A stretch of DNA of 64,000 bases from contig CAXXVS010000003.1 of the NCBI GenBank assembly GCA_963674755.2, positions 2,739,925 to 2,803,924 of the forward strand. The letters are read 5' to 3'. Shown in pieces: positions 30,141 through 41,549 of this stretch. Each line of letters starts with the position of its first letter. Position 1 is the stretch's first letter. Source of the stretch: Desulfobacterales bacterium. GTDB taxonomy: Bacteria > Desulfobacterota > Desulfobacteria > Desulfobacterales > UBA5852. The notes under the pieces are model-generated. The model was not told the origin of the DNA and did no database searches. It was given only the letters and a program-made list of their open reading frames with translations. The position numbers were made by a program, and so were the translations under genes.

Positions 30141-30448
30141 GTTGCCCGACCACAACGCAGGACAAGTAAGCAAGGCGTCAATAATCTTGTCGGCATAGTT
30201 TTGACAACCCCCTGAATAATTGCTTAAATGCCCAAGATGTTCGGCCATCCGACGATCCACATCGCCCACCTCATATCAGGGTGCCCGCTGTGGACAAAAA
30301 GCAGATGTCAGAGCAGGACATATGCTCCAAGTTCATCCCCCAGCCATTTCCGACGCCGGCTGGGACCTCCAGACCCAAATCCGTGAGGAAGTCACCTTCA
30401 CCCAGGGCCTCATCATTGTCCGGGGTAAATTTATAGAAGGAGTCCATC

Positions 30449-31336
30449 ATGCCTGAAATCACCCGCCAGAGAGTTGGAGAGCTTGTCAGAGGCGTTTTCC
30501 AGATTCTGATGGAAAATCCTGAGGGTCTGAAGGCGAAAGAGGTTATTCAAAAGCTCGAAGCCCTTGTCCCACCAACCCCATTCGAAGACTCGGTCTATCC
30601 GAACAACCCGTCAGTCAGACGCCGTGATAAGATCGTCCGCTTTTCGACAATTAATCCGGTGAAGGCAGGATGGATGACGAAAGATAGGGGGCTTTGGTCC
30701 ATCACCGAGGACGGCATAAAGGCCTTTGATGAATTCACTGTCCCTGAGACATTCGCAAGGGAAGCGGGGCGCCTGTACAAGAAATGGAAGGATCAACAGC
30801 CCGATGAGGAAGAGGTCCCAGATCCCGACGAAGGTGAAACCGGCGCCGCACTGACGCTTGAGGAAGCCGAGGAAGCCGCCTGGAGCGAGATTGAAGCGCA
30901 TCTGAGCGAAATGAACCCATATGAGTTTCAGGATTTGGTGGCCGGTCTACTAAGGGCAATGGGGTACCATGTTGCTTGGGTTTCACCACCAGGACCGGAC
31001 AAAGGGCTGGACATTCTCGCCCATACGGACCCGCTTGGGATTGCCGGAGCAAGGATAAAGGTTCAGGTAAAACGCCATGCTGACCGTGCTCCTGTCCAAG
31101 ATATACGCTCATTCATGGCCATCTTGGGTGACGGTGATGTGGGTATTTTCGTTTGCAGCGGCGGTTTCACCAAGGACGCTGAGCAGGAAGCACGGGGGCA
31201 GGAAAGGCGCCGAATCATGCTTTTGGATGCCCGCCGACTATTTGACCTGTGGGTTGAGCATTACGAGAAGATCCCAGAGCGGCAGCGGCGCCTTATGCCT
31301 TTGAGACCGATCTATTTTCTTGCGCCTGATGAATGA
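30449..31336 (+). CDS. Mrr-family (type IV, modification-dependent) restriction endonuclease
   Basis: N-terminal winged-helix-like region (GWM...RGLWSITEDG), acidic linker, Mrr catalytic domain PYEFQDLVAGLLRAMGY...DKGLD...VQVKR...GIFV...FTKDA. Confidence 0.88.
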   Translation: MPEITRQRVGELVRGVFQILMENPEGLKAKEVIQKLEALVPPTPFEDSVYPNNPSVRRRDKIVRFSTINPVKAGWMTKDRGLWSITEDGIKAFDEFTVPETFAREAGRLYKKWKDQQPDEEEVPDPDEGETGAALTLEEAEEAAWSEIEAHLSEMNPYEFQDLVAGLLRAMGYHVAWVSPPGPDKGLDILAHTDPLGIAGARIKVQVKRHADRAPVQDIRSFMAILGDGDVGIFVCSGGFTKDAEQEARGQERRRIMLLDARRLFDLWVEHYEKIPERQRRLMPLRPIYFLAPDE

Positions 31337-31400
31337 GACGGCTGTTTACATTCACTCTTAAATAGTCTCCTATTAAACGAATGGGAAAAAGGAAGAAAGC

Positions 31401-32672
31401 ATGATCACACGGATCCAAGCATTAAATTATCGATGCTTAAAGTACGTAGACCAAGCTTTGGGTCCGTTTCATGTCCTTGTCGGCCCCAATGCTACGGGTA
31501 AGACTACATTTCTTGATGTGGTTGGGCTTCTTCATGATGTTGTAAATAATGGCCCAGCCCAGGCTCTCAACGAGCGAACAAGAGACTATAAAGATTTGCT
31601 ATTTGGTGGCACTGGCAATTGTTTCGAATTAGCTGTTGAAGCTCAAATTCCAGAAGATCGTAGAAGGAAAATAGAGAAGCCTGAATTAGATACAGCTCGA
31701 TATGAACTCTCTTTGGGATTTTCTGAGGGTTCGGAGGAGGCATCAATTCTCGCTGAGAAACTGCTGATCCTCAAGTCAAAGCCAAAAGAAAGAGTTTGTC
31801 AAACCGAACTTTTTCCATGTTCAGTTGATCCACCTAAAACCATCATATCTCCTAAAACCGTTATTGGGGCCAAGACTATTCTGAATAAGATGCCGGGAGG
31901 AAATGATAATTTTCAACCAGAAACAGAAAGTGCAAAAGGCAAACGATGGGTCTATTCTTTTAAGCTCGGCCCAGGCAAATCATCGCTTGGTAATTTACCA
32001 GAAGATGAAGAGAAGTTCCCTGTCGCAACTTGGTTTAGAGACCTTCTTGGTGAAGGCGTGCAGCGCTTCATTCTTAATAGTACCTTAATGAAGAAGGCCA
32101 GCCCTCCAAGCAAAACGAAGGGTTTTCTTACCGATGGTTCAAATTTGCCTTGGGTAATTGCCAGGTTAAAGTCGAGATCACCCGAGCTTTATAAGGACTG
32201 GATAAGCCATTTACAAACTGCTTTACCTGATTTGGAAGGGATCAAAACGATAGAACGAGAAGATGATAGACACTGCTATTTGGTGTTTAAATATAAGGGT
32301 GGATTTCAAGTTCCATCTTGGGTCGCATCAGATGGTACTTTGCGACTATTGGCCCTCACCTTGCCAGCATATATGGGCAACTTCAGAGGTGTGTATCTTA
32401 TTGAAGAGCCCGAAAATGGTATACATCCAAAGGCTGCAGAAACTGTATTTCAGTCCCTTTCATCTGTTTACGACGCCCAAATTTTGCTTGCTACACATTC
32501 ACCGGTCATCCTTAGCCTTATTGACAAAGATGAGGTGAAGAAAGTGCTCTGTTTTGCAAAGACACCCCAAGGGGCAACCGACATTGTTACAGGTGATAAA
32601 CATCCAAAGCTTAGAGATTGGACCGGTGATCCAAATATCTCTCTGCTATTTGCCGGCGGAGTACTCGGATAA
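31401..32672 (+). CDS. ABC/AAA_21-type defence ATPase (MADS MAD3-like)
   Basis: Walker A GPNATGKT, signature ASDGTLRLLAL, Walker B/D-loop LIEEPENGIHP, switch ATHSP; visibly AT-richer DNA. Confidence 0.85.
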   Translation: MITRIQALNYRCLKYVDQALGPFHVLVGPNATGKTTFLDVVGLLHDVVNNGPAQALNERTRDYKDLLFGGTGNCFELAVEAQIPEDRRRKIEKPELDTARYELSLGFSEGSEEASILAEKLLILKSKPKERVCQTELFPCSVDPPKTIISPKTVIGAKTILNKMPGGNDNFQPETESAKGKRWVYSFKLGPGKSSLGNLPEDEEKFPVATWFRDLLGEGVQRFILNSTLMKKASPPSKTKGFLTDGSNLPWVIARLKSRSPELYKDWISHLQTALPDLEGIKTIEREDDRHCYLVFKYKGGFQVPSWVASDGTLRLLALTLPAYMGNFRGVYLIEEPENGIHPKAAETVFQSLSSVYDAQILLATHSPVILSLIDKDEVKKVLCFAKTPQGATDIVTGDKHPKLRDWTGDPNISLLFAGGVLG

Positions 32673-33295
32673 TGGATCTTGTGGCTCTCGTGCCTGATCA
32701 AGATTATGAGAAAGCTCTTGAGGGATTATTTCTGAGGCATCAGGCTCTTGGGATACGGCCTATTACCTTTACCTACTATCGCCATCCCAATCGTGATGCG
32801 GGATGCAGAGCTAAGTGTACCTCCTTTCTTCGGCCTTTTATAGATCAATTTGATTATGCTCTCGTTATGTTCGACTTTGAAGGTTCAGGGGCTGAAAACC
32901 ATGCTCGGGAACACATTGAAATTGGCATCGAAACTGACTTAGCCCGTAATGGTTGGGCTGAACGCTCTGCAGTCATTGTTGTTGAGCCAGAAATAGAGGC
33001 TTGGGTATGGAGTGACTCCTGTTCTGTCGACGAAATCTTGAATTGGCGAGGGCACCAGCCAGAAATTCGGACAATGATAAAGGATCGAACTGCTTACTGG
33101 ACAGACGAGAACCCGAAGCCTCACAGACCGAAAGAGGCGCTGAGATGGGCATTGCGGCATGCTGAAAGACCAAAGCCTTTTTCGTCTGCAATATTCAAGG
33201 ACTTGGCCACAAAGGTGAGTTTCAATCGTTGTATTGATCCTTCATTTGACAAGTTAAGGACCACTCTGACAGCTTGGTTTGGAAATGAGGTGTAA
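32672..33295 (+). CDS. ATPase partner protein (MADS MAD4-like / DUF4276-TOPRIM-like)
   Basis: TAATG coupling to the ATPase. DLVALVPD, ALGIRPI, HPNRDAGC, VMFDFEG, EPEIEAWVW, PKE and CIDPSF motifs. Confidence 0.7.
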   Translation: MDLVALVPDQDYEKALEGLFLRHQALGIRPITFTYYRHPNRDAGCRAKCTSFLRPFIDQFDYALVMFDFEGSGAENHAREHIEIGIETDLARNGWAERSAVIVVEPEIEAWVWSDSCSVDEILNWRGHQPEIRTMIKDRTAYWTDENPKPHRPKEALRWALRHAERPKPFSSAIFKDLATKVSFNRCIDPSFDKLRTTLTAWFGNEV

Positions 33296-33398
33296 ATATA
33301 GGGGTACTAAAAAATCCCGGCGGTACACGTCGACAAAATGTCGGCCTATTTGTCAAGTTTCAAGACAAACCACGCCCGGACCTGAAGAACCCACAAAC

Positions 33399-33431
33399 AA
33401 AAAAGCGGCCACCCCTTGAGGTGAGCCGCTT
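33399..33431 (-). terminator. Rho-independent terminator of tRNA-Pro
   Basis: Minus strand AAGCGGCTCACC-TCAAGG-GGTGGCCGC followed by a T6 tract. Confidence 0.75.
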
Positions 33432-33447
33432 ATTTGTTTAAACTGAA

Positions 33448-33525
<78 letters not shown>

Positions 33526-33576
33526 ACGCAAAGAGGCCATTTAGCACTTCGACCTATGGCTGTCAACCGGAGAATC

Positions 33577-34509
33577 ATGCCATTCAAATCGCAGACCGAT
33601 AACCTGAATCACCCCGTCCTGCCGCCGCGCCTGAAAGCCGGCGACACCATCGGCATCGCGGCGCCTTCCGGCCCTTTTGACAAATCGCTTTTTGAAAAGG
33701 GCATGGACGTCTTGCGGGGCATGGGCTTCAAGGTCCATGTGCCGGAGGCGGTATACCAGCGGGAGGGCTTTTTGGCCGGACCGGACGAGGTGCGGGCCAA
33801 AGTGCTCAACGCCCTTTTTGCCGACCCGTCCATCCAGGGGATCGTGTGCGCCCGGGGGGGCTACGGCGCGACACGCGTGCTGCCTCATCTGGACTGGGAA
33901 ACCATCCGCCGTCACCCGAAAGTGTTTGTGGGATTCAGCGACATCACGGTGCTGCACTGGGCCTTGCGGGCGCGGGCCGGGCTGGTGACTTTCCACGGTC
34001 CCATGGGCACCACCCTGGGGAAGACGCCGGAACACTACCGCGTCCTCCTGCGACAGGCCCTCATGTTCGATGCGCCGGTGGACCTGGCCCCTCCCAAAGT
34101 GACGGTGCTGAACCACGGCAAGGCGGCAGGGCCGGTGGTGGGGGGCAATCTGACTCTGCTCAGCCATTTGGTGGGAACGCCCTATCCGCCGCGTTTTGAT
34201 GGAAGCCTGCTGTTCATCGAGGATGTCAGCGAAGCGCCCTACCGTCTGGATCGCATGCTGGTGCAGATGACCCTGGCGGGCTGCTTCGAAGGGGTGGCCG
34301 GGCTCGTGCTGGGGAAGTTCCGGGATTGCGGTGCGGACGCGGAAATTCACGATGTCTTCATGCGGACCTTCGGCCCCCTGGGCATTCCGGTGGTGGCCGG
34401 GTTCCCCATCGGGCACGGGGAGAACAATGCGACCCTGCCCATGGGGCTGATCGCCCGTCTCACCACCCGGCCGGCGCGGCTGGCCTATCAGGAGGCGGCG
34501 ACGGTGTAA
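33577..34509 (+). CDS. ldcA: Muramoyltetrapeptide LD-carboxypeptidase (peptidase S66)
   Basis: LKAGDTIGIAAPSG, RGGYG, GFSDIT (Ser), GGNL, FIEDV (Glu) and IGHG (His) motifs. Confidence 0.92.
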   Translation: MPFKSQTDNLNHPVLPPRLKAGDTIGIAAPSGPFDKSLFEKGMDVLRGMGFKVHVPEAVYQREGFLAGPDEVRAKVLNALFADPSIQGIVCARGGYGATRVLPHLDWETIRRHPKVFVGFSDITVLHWALRARAGLVTFHGPMGTTLGKTPEHYRVLLRQALMFDAPVDLAPPKVTVLNHGKAAGPVVGGNLTLLSHLVGTPYPPRFDGSLLFIEDVSEAPYRLDRMLVQMTLAGCFEGVAGLVLGKFRDCGADAEIHDVFMRTFGPLGIPVVAGFPIGHGENNATLPMGLIARLTTRPARLAYQEAATV

Positions 34510-34635
34510 GCAAGGGGTCAAGGATTCGAGGATTCAAGTGAACCGATTAAAAGATATACGGACCATAGGCGTAAGGTGATGAAGCGCCTAAAGCCGCAAA
34601 ACTCTGACACCATAAAACGCTAAAACTTTCTTCCC

Positions 34636-35739
34636 ATGCCCCATTCCCTCCCACCCGATAAAAACGCCGTCCGAGGATTGATGCGCCAGGCCATCGCCGA
34701 CGGGATCTTTCCGGGGGCTGTGCTCCTGGTGGCCCGCGACGAAGAGATCCTTTTGCACGAGGCCTGGGGGACAGCCGACCTTTCCGCGGGGCGGGCGGTC
34801 ACCGTGGAAACCGTCTTCGATCTGGCCTCCCTTACCAAACCCCTGGCCACCACGCTGGCCGTGATGCGACTGGTCCGACAGGGCTTGCTGGAACTGGAAA
34901 CGCCCCTGGCGACCGTGCTGCCCGTCATGGCGGGCACCGCTAAGGCCGGGGTGACCGTGCGCCAGTTGCTGAGCCACGCTTCGGGCTGGCCGGCCTGGCA
35001 GCCCTATTTCGAGCGGCTGCGCGCGCTGCCGGAAGGAGAGCGCCGTGCGCGGCTGGCCCGCTACCTGGCCGAAGAGCCCCTGGCGGCGGCGCCGGGAGAG
35101 GTTTTTTTGTACAGCGATCTTGACTTCCTCGCGTTGGGCCTGATGGTGGAGGCCTGCAGCGGCATGCGTCTGGATCGTTTTGTCCGGCAGGCGGTTTACC
35201 GGCCATTGGGCATTGACGACCTTTTCTTCAATCCGCTGGACGAAGCGCCGGCCGCGCGGCGTTATGCCGCCACCGAGCAATGCCCCTGGCGGGGCCGGGT
35301 GCTGAGCGGCGCCGTGCACGACGACAACGCCTATACCCTCAACGGCGTGGCCGGCCATGCCGGTCTTTTCGGAACAGCCGCGGCTGTCTGGAGCCTGCTG
35401 CAGGCGCTGCTGCGCATCTATCGTGGCGAGGACGATGCCGCCTGGATTCCCCGATCCCTGGTGCAGACCATGTGGACACGGATGGACCGTTCCGACTGGG
35501 CTCTGGGATTCGATACCCCCGCGGCGCACGGCTCGAGCAGCGGCCGCCATTTTTCATCCCGCAGCGTGGGGCATCTGGGGTTTACCGGGACCTCCTTCTG
35601 GCTGGATCTCGACCGCAGAATTGCCGTAATGCTCCTGACCAACCGGGTGCACCCCTCCCGCGCGAACGTGCGGATCAGGGAATTCCGTCCCCGCATCCAT
35701 GATGCTATTATGGAATGGTTGTTGCAGCTTGCTCCCTGA
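34636..35739 (+). CDS. Serine hydrolase, beta-lactamase/AmpC-like family
   Basis: FDLASLTK (SxxK), LLSHASG, YSD, VHDDNA, AGHAGLF, GHLGFTGT and LTNRVHP motifs. Confidence 0.92.
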   Translation: MPHSLPPDKNAVRGLMRQAIADGIFPGAVLLVARDEEILLHEAWGTADLSAGRAVTVETVFDLASLTKPLATTLAVMRLVRQGLLELETPLATVLPVMAGTAKAGVTVRQLLSHASGWPAWQPYFERLRALPEGERRARLARYLAEEPLAAAPGEVFLYSDLDFLALGLMVEACSGMRLDRFVRQAVYRPLGIDDLFFNPLDEAPAARRYAATEQCPWRGRVLSGAVHDDNAYTLNGVAGHAGLFGTAAAVWSLLQALLRIYRGEDDAAWIPRSLVQTMWTRMDRSDWALGFDTPAAHGSSSGRHFSSRSVGHLGFTGTSFWLDLDRRIAVMLLTNRVHPSRANVRIREFRPRIHDAIMEWLLQLAP

Positions 35740-36069
35740 CATTGTCGGAAATACCAGCTTGAACGCCTCGTGGGACAGGTGGGGCAGGGCGTGCCGGGTT
35801 CTTGCTAATCAGGCCTCAGGCGCGATCAAGATAACCCCCAATCCTTTGCGGAAGTTCTAAGCGAGCGTCATTCCATTGACCTTTGGTGCGGCGATTCTGA
35901 CACGATAATAAGTGTTGTAACCCCGGATAATTTTTGCTATCAATTCAGGGTTATATTATGATTTTATATAAAAAAGTATACGGCGTTAGACAGCCATGCG
36001 GCCGCGCAGGCCGCCTTAACCTTTGAGCGTTTCCGGCCGCCACCATCGGCGCGGCGGCCCGAAAGGTGA

Positions 36070-37116
<1,047 letters not shown>

Positions 37117-37121
37117 CTTTC

Positions 37122-37955
37122 ATGTTTTCAAAAAAGACGGTGGTGATCATCGGCGTTTTTTTTCTGATCATCGCCAACATCCTGATTCTGTCCATTATCG
37201 GTCAGCGCTACCCGACGTCCGGTCCCGGTGGTTTTACCATTTCCCTGCTGGCGCCCTTCCAGGAGGCGATCGCCAGTTCTTCCCGTTTTATCAAAGGCAT
37301 CTGGCGGCATTACTTTAGTCTCGTTCAGGCTTCGGAAGAAAACGACCGGCTCAAAAAGCAGCTCAACCGGGCCGAGGAAATGAAAAACGCGTGGGTCGAA
37401 GCCCGCCTGGCCAACGACCGCCTGCGACGGCTGATGGGCATGGGCCAGGCCTTTGCCCAGCAGGTGGTCTACGCCGAAGTCATCGGCCGGGATCCCACGG
37501 CCTGGTTTAAAACCATCATCATCGACAAGGGCGCCAAGGACAATGTGGCCGTGGGCATGCCGGTGGCGGTGCCCGAAGGGATTGTCGGCCAGATCGTGGA
37601 TGTTTCCGGCCATTATGCCAAAGTGCTCCTGATCGTGGATCAGAACAGCGCCGTGGACGCCCTGGTGCAGCGCACCCGGGCGCGGGGGATCCTCAAGGGC
37701 GAGTTTGCGGATCAATGCCGGCTGGAGTATGTGCTGCGCAAGGAAGACGTGCGGATGGGAGACGTGATCGTCACGTCGGGTCTGGACGACGTCTTCCCCA
37801 AAGGGCTGCGCATCGGGGAGATCAAGGATATTTCCGGCGCGCCCACGGAAATGTTTTACACGATCACGGTGGCGCCCTTCGTGGATTTCGAGAAGCTGGA
37901 GGATTTGTTGATCCTGCCGGCACCCGAAAAGATGGTTCCGGGGGACAACAAGTGA
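37122..37955 (+). CDS. mreC: Rod shape-determining protein MreC
   Basis: N-terminal TM, coiled coil, IIIDKG and VTSGLDDVFPKG; follows mreB. Confidence 0.95.
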   Translation: MFSKKTVVIIGVFFLIIANILILSIIGQRYPTSGPGGFTISLLAPFQEAIASSSRFIKGIWRHYFSLVQASEENDRLKKQLNRAEEMKNAWVEARLANDRLRRLMGMGQAFAQQVVYAEVIGRDPTAWFKTIIIDKGAKDNVAVGMPVAVPEGIVGQIVDVSGHYAKVLLIVDQNSAVDALVQRTRARGILKGEFADQCRLEYVLRKEDVRMGDVIVTSGLDDVFPKGLRIGEIKDISGAPTEMFYTITVAPFVDFEKLEDLLILPAPEKMVPGDNK

Positions 37956-38482
37956 CCTACCTGTTCCATATCGGGGTCTGTCTGATGCTGGTCATTTTCC
38001 AGACGGCCGTTAAGCCCCAGATCCTTCTGCTGGCCGGTTTCTATGATGTCTTGACGGCCTATGTCATCTACCTGGGGCTGTTCCACCGGGTGCGGGAGGT
38101 TTGGCCGATCATCCTGATATCGGGCCTGGTCATGGACACCATCTCGGGAGGTCCCATGGGCTTGTTCCTGACCTCCTATCTCTGGATATTTTTGTTGACG
38201 CGCTGGACCACCCGCCTTCTCCATCAGGATAATCTGGTCCTGCATATTTTTATCGTGGCGGCGGGTGTCGTTTTCCAGACCGGGGTCTATGTGGGCACGA
38301 CCTTTCTCCTGGACAAGGCGACCCTTTTTGCGGCCCCGACGCTGGATGTCGCCCTGACCCAGGTCCTGTGGGCGCTGGGGACCGGCGCGATTTTGTTACA
38401 GCTTTTTCGTCGCTCCCACCGTGTGTGGGAGCAGTTTTTGAATGCCTATTTCGTACGCGAATCGGCCCAGGGGAGCGGATGA
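37952..38482 (+). CDS. mreD: Rod shape-determining protein MreD
   Basis: Hydrophobic ORF with GTG overlapping the mreC stop; GLVMD..SG motif; operon position. Confidence 0.85.
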   Translation: MTYLFHIGVCLMLVIFQTAVKPQILLLAGFYDVLTAYVIYLGLFHRVREVWPIILISGLVMDTISGGPMGLFLTSYLWIFLLTRWTTRLLHQDNLVLHIFIVAAGVVFQTGVYVGTTFLLDKATLFAAPTLDVALTQVLWALGTGAILLQLFRRSHRVWEQFLNAYFVRESAQGSG

Positions 38483-38536
38483 GCCCCCGGATAGCACCAT
38501 CAGCCATCGGCAGCGCGAGCGGAGGCTGCGATAGCC

Positions 38537-40405
38537 ATGTCCAAATATCTTAAAACCGTCGACAGCGAGTGGTTTCGACAACGCCTGACCCGGGTCATGC
38601 TGTGCGTCAGCCTGGCCGCCCTGATTTTGGTGCTGCGATTGATCTACCTGCAGATCATCAAGGGGCAGGAATACCGTCGCATGTCGGTCAACAACAGTAT
38701 TCGACTGCAGAGCATCGATGCGCCGCGCGGCCTCATTTTCGACCGGCAGGGCAACCTGCTGGTCGAAAATCGGCCGTCCTTCGACCTTTACATCAGCCTC
38801 AAGGATGCCCGCCCGGTGGGCCAGACCCTTGACCGCCTGGCCGTGCATGCCGCCTTGCCGGTGGACGAACTGGCCGCCCAGGTGAGCGGCGTGCGGGGGG
38901 CGGCCTATTACCAGCCCCAACTCCTCAAGCGCGACATCGGCCGCGACAAACTGGCGGTGGTGGCCTCCCGCCGTTACGATCTGCCCGGTATCGACATCCA
39001 GATTCAGCGGCTGCGCAATTACATTCACAGCGGCCTGGCGGCCCATCTGTTGGGCTACATCGGTGAGATCAGCACCAAAGAGCTTCAGCGCGGCGTCTAT
39101 GCCGGCTGCCGGGCCGGCGACCTGATCGGGAAATTCGGTGTTGAAAAATCCCTGGGATCCTACCTGCGGGGTGAGCGCGGGGGGCGCCAGGTGGAGGTAA
39201 ACGCCAACGGCCAGGTCGTGCAGGTGCTCCGGACGGTGCCCGCCCGCAACGGCCACAATGTTTTCCTCACCATCGACAGCCGCCTGCAGCAGCGGGCGGA
39301 AGAGCTGCTGAAGGACAGCGCCGGCGCGGCCGTGGCCCTGGACCCCAACACGGGCGAAGTCCTGGCCCTGGCCAGCAGCCCGGCCTTCGACCAGAACGAT
39401 TTCATCACCGGCCTCAGCCGCGACAAGTGGAATGCGCTTGTCAACAATCCTCTGCGTCCGTTGGAAAACAAGGCCATCCAGGGGGAATATCCACCAGCCT
39501 CGACCTATAAGATCCTCGTGGCCATGGCCGGGCTCCAGGAGGGGGTCATCGCCGCCAATGACATTCTTTTCTGCCCCGGCTATTATCATTTCGGCAACCG
39601 TAATTACCGCTGCTGGCGACGCGGCGGCCACGGCTCGGTGGACCTGAACAAGGCCATTGCGCAATCTTGCGACGTTTACTTCTACCAGGTCGGTCAACGC
39701 CTCGGTATCGACCGGCTGGCTTGGTATGCCAAGGCTGCCGGCCTGGGGTCGAAGACCGGTATCGAACTCGATCATGAGGGCAACGGCCTGGTGCCTACGG
39801 CGGCCTGGAAGAAGAAGCGCACCGGCATAGCGTGGCAGCCCGGGGAGACCTTGTCCGTGGCCATCGGACAGGGCTTCAATCTGGTCACCCCGCTCCAGAT
39901 GGCGGTTTTTTCGGCGGCCGTGGCCAATGGCGGGGTGCGCTACCGACCGACCCTGGTCAAGCGCGTGGTGTCCTGGGACGGTCAGACGGTTTTGGAAAAT
40001 GCCCCCCGGGTGGCCGGCCGTCTGCCCGTATCGGCGGCGAACCTCAATCTGGTGAAGCAGGGGATGTGGGAGGTGGTGCAGGGCGACCGCGGCACGGCCC
40101 GTATTGCTCGGCTGAAAGGAATCGATGTCAGCGGTAAAACCGGCACGGCTCAGGTGGTGAACAGGGAGACGGCCGAAGAGAGCGAAGGTGGTGAGAAAGT
40201 CCGCAAATACCTGGATCATGCCTGGTTTATCGCCTACGCCCCCTCTGAAAAGCCCCAGATTGCGATCGCGGTCATCGTGGAGCACGGCGAACACGGCTCC
40301 AGTGCGGCCGCCCCCGTGGCACGGGAGCTGATCAAAACCTATCTCGAAGAAGGACCCGCAGCGCCGGTGGTGGCCGGTGGCGCAGGGAAACCGAACCATG
40401 GTTGA
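38537..40405 (+). CDS. mrdA: Penicillin-binding protein 2
   Basis: APRGLIFDR, PASTYK (SxxK), SCD, IGQG and KTGTAQ motifs. Confidence 0.96.
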   Translation: MSKYLKTVDSEWFRQRLTRVMLCVSLAALILVLRLIYLQIIKGQEYRRMSVNNSIRLQSIDAPRGLIFDRQGNLLVENRPSFDLYISLKDARPVGQTLDRLAVHAALPVDELAAQVSGVRGAAYYQPQLLKRDIGRDKLAVVASRRYDLPGIDIQIQRLRNYIHSGLAAHLLGYIGEISTKELQRGVYAGCRAGDLIGKFGVEKSLGSYLRGERGGRQVEVNANGQVVQVLRTVPARNGHNVFLTIDSRLQQRAEELLKDSAGAAVALDPNTGEVLALASSPAFDQNDFITGLSRDKWNALVNNPLRPLENKAIQGEYPPASTYKILVAMAGLQEGVIAANDILFCPGYYHFGNRNYRCWRRGGHGSVDLNKAIAQSCDVYFYQVGQRLGIDRLAWYAKAAGLGSKTGIELDHEGNGLVPTAAWKKKRTGIAWQPGETLSVAIGQGFNLVTPLQMAVFSAAVANGGVRYRPTLVKRVVSWDGQTVLENAPRVAGRLPVSAANLNLVKQGMWEVVQGDRGTARIARLKGIDVSGKTGTAQVVNRETAEESEGGEKVRKYLDHAWFIAYAPSEKPQIAIAVIVEHGEHGSSAAAPVARELIKTYLEEGPAAPVVAGGAGKPNHG

Positions 40406-41504
40406 TCGTCGTTATCTGACCTATTTTGACTGGGGCCTGCTGGCCCTGACCTTTCTGCTGGCCACCTTCGGGTTGATCACCCTCTACAGTGCGGTGATGG
40501 CCGGGGTTCCGACCCCCCAGGAAGCGCTTTTTAGCAAGCAGCTCATATGGTACGGCATCGGGCTGGTGGTGATGCTCGTGTGCGTGATTTTCAACTATAA
40601 ACTGATGGAACGCTATGCCTGGCTGATATACAGCGGTGCGGTGGGGCTCCTCCTGTGGGTCATGTTTTTCGGCCGGTATGTCAGCGGGTCCCAGCGCTGG
40701 ATTGTCCTCGGGCCGTTGTCGCTGCAACCTTCGGAATTGGCCAAGATCGCCGTGATTATTATCCTGGCCCGCCACTATGCCAAATTCGTGTCCGGCCGCG
40801 GCTTTTCGTTGAAAGGTCTGCTCGTCCCGGTCCTCATGACCATGGTGCCCTTCCTGCTCATCGTCCGTCAGCCCGATTTGGGCACGGCCGGATTGATCGG
40901 CCTGATCGCGGCCTCCATGACCCTGTTTGTGAAGATCGAAAGGCGCTCCCTGATGGTCATTGTCGGCAGCGGCATTGCCATGGCGCTGCCCATGTGGTTC
41001 TTTTTTCTGAAAGAGTACCAGCGCCAGCGCATCCTTACCTTTATAAATCCCGATCGGGATCCCCTGGGAGCCGGCTACCATATCATCCAGTCCAAGATTG
41101 CCATCGGATCCGGTTTTTTAACTGGGAAGGGGTTTCTGCAGGGCACCCAGAATGCCCTGTCTTTCCTGCCTGAACAGCACACCGATTTCATTTTTTCCGT
41201 GCTGGCTGAGGAGTGGGGCTTCATGGGCGCCATGATCCTCATTTTGGCGTTCCTGGCATTCATCTTCTGGAGTTTGAACATTGCTTACAGCTGCCGTGAT
41301 CCCTTTGGGACGATCCTGGCGGTTGGCATTACCGCGATGCTTGCCTGGCAGGCGGTGATCAATATGGGCATGGTGATGGGGCTGATGCCGGTGGTGGGGG
41401 TGCCGCTGCCGTTTATCAGCTATGGCGGCTCGTCGCTGCTGACGACGATGATTTGTGTCGGGATTTTATTGAACATCAGCATGCGCCGGTTTATGATTGA
41501 ATAA
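40398..41504 (+). CDS. rodA: Rod shape-determining protein RodA
   Basis: QPSELAK, QPDLGT, IAIGSG, LPEQHTDFIF and LPFISYGGSS motifs. Confidence 0.96.
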   Translation: MVDRRYLTYFDWGLLALTFLLATFGLITLYSAVMAGVPTPQEALFSKQLIWYGIGLVVMLVCVIFNYKLMERYAWLIYSGAVGLLLWVMFFGRYVSGSQRWIVLGPLSLQPSELAKIAVIIILARHYAKFVSGRGFSLKGLLVPVLMTMVPFLLIVRQPDLGTAGLIGLIAASMTLFVKIERRSLMVIVGSGIAMALPMWFFFLKEYQRQRILTFINPDRDPLGAGYHIIQSKIAIGSGFLTGKGFLQGTQNALSFLPEQHTDFIFSVLAEEWGFMGAMILILAFLAFIFWSLNIAYSCRDPFGTILAVGITAMLAWQAVINMGMVMGLMPVVGVPLPFISYGGSSLLTTMICVGILLNISMRRFMIE

Positions 41505-41549
41505 TTTTTTGGGGGTTCGTCAGGCGGACGCCAATCTGGAGAGCGAGTC

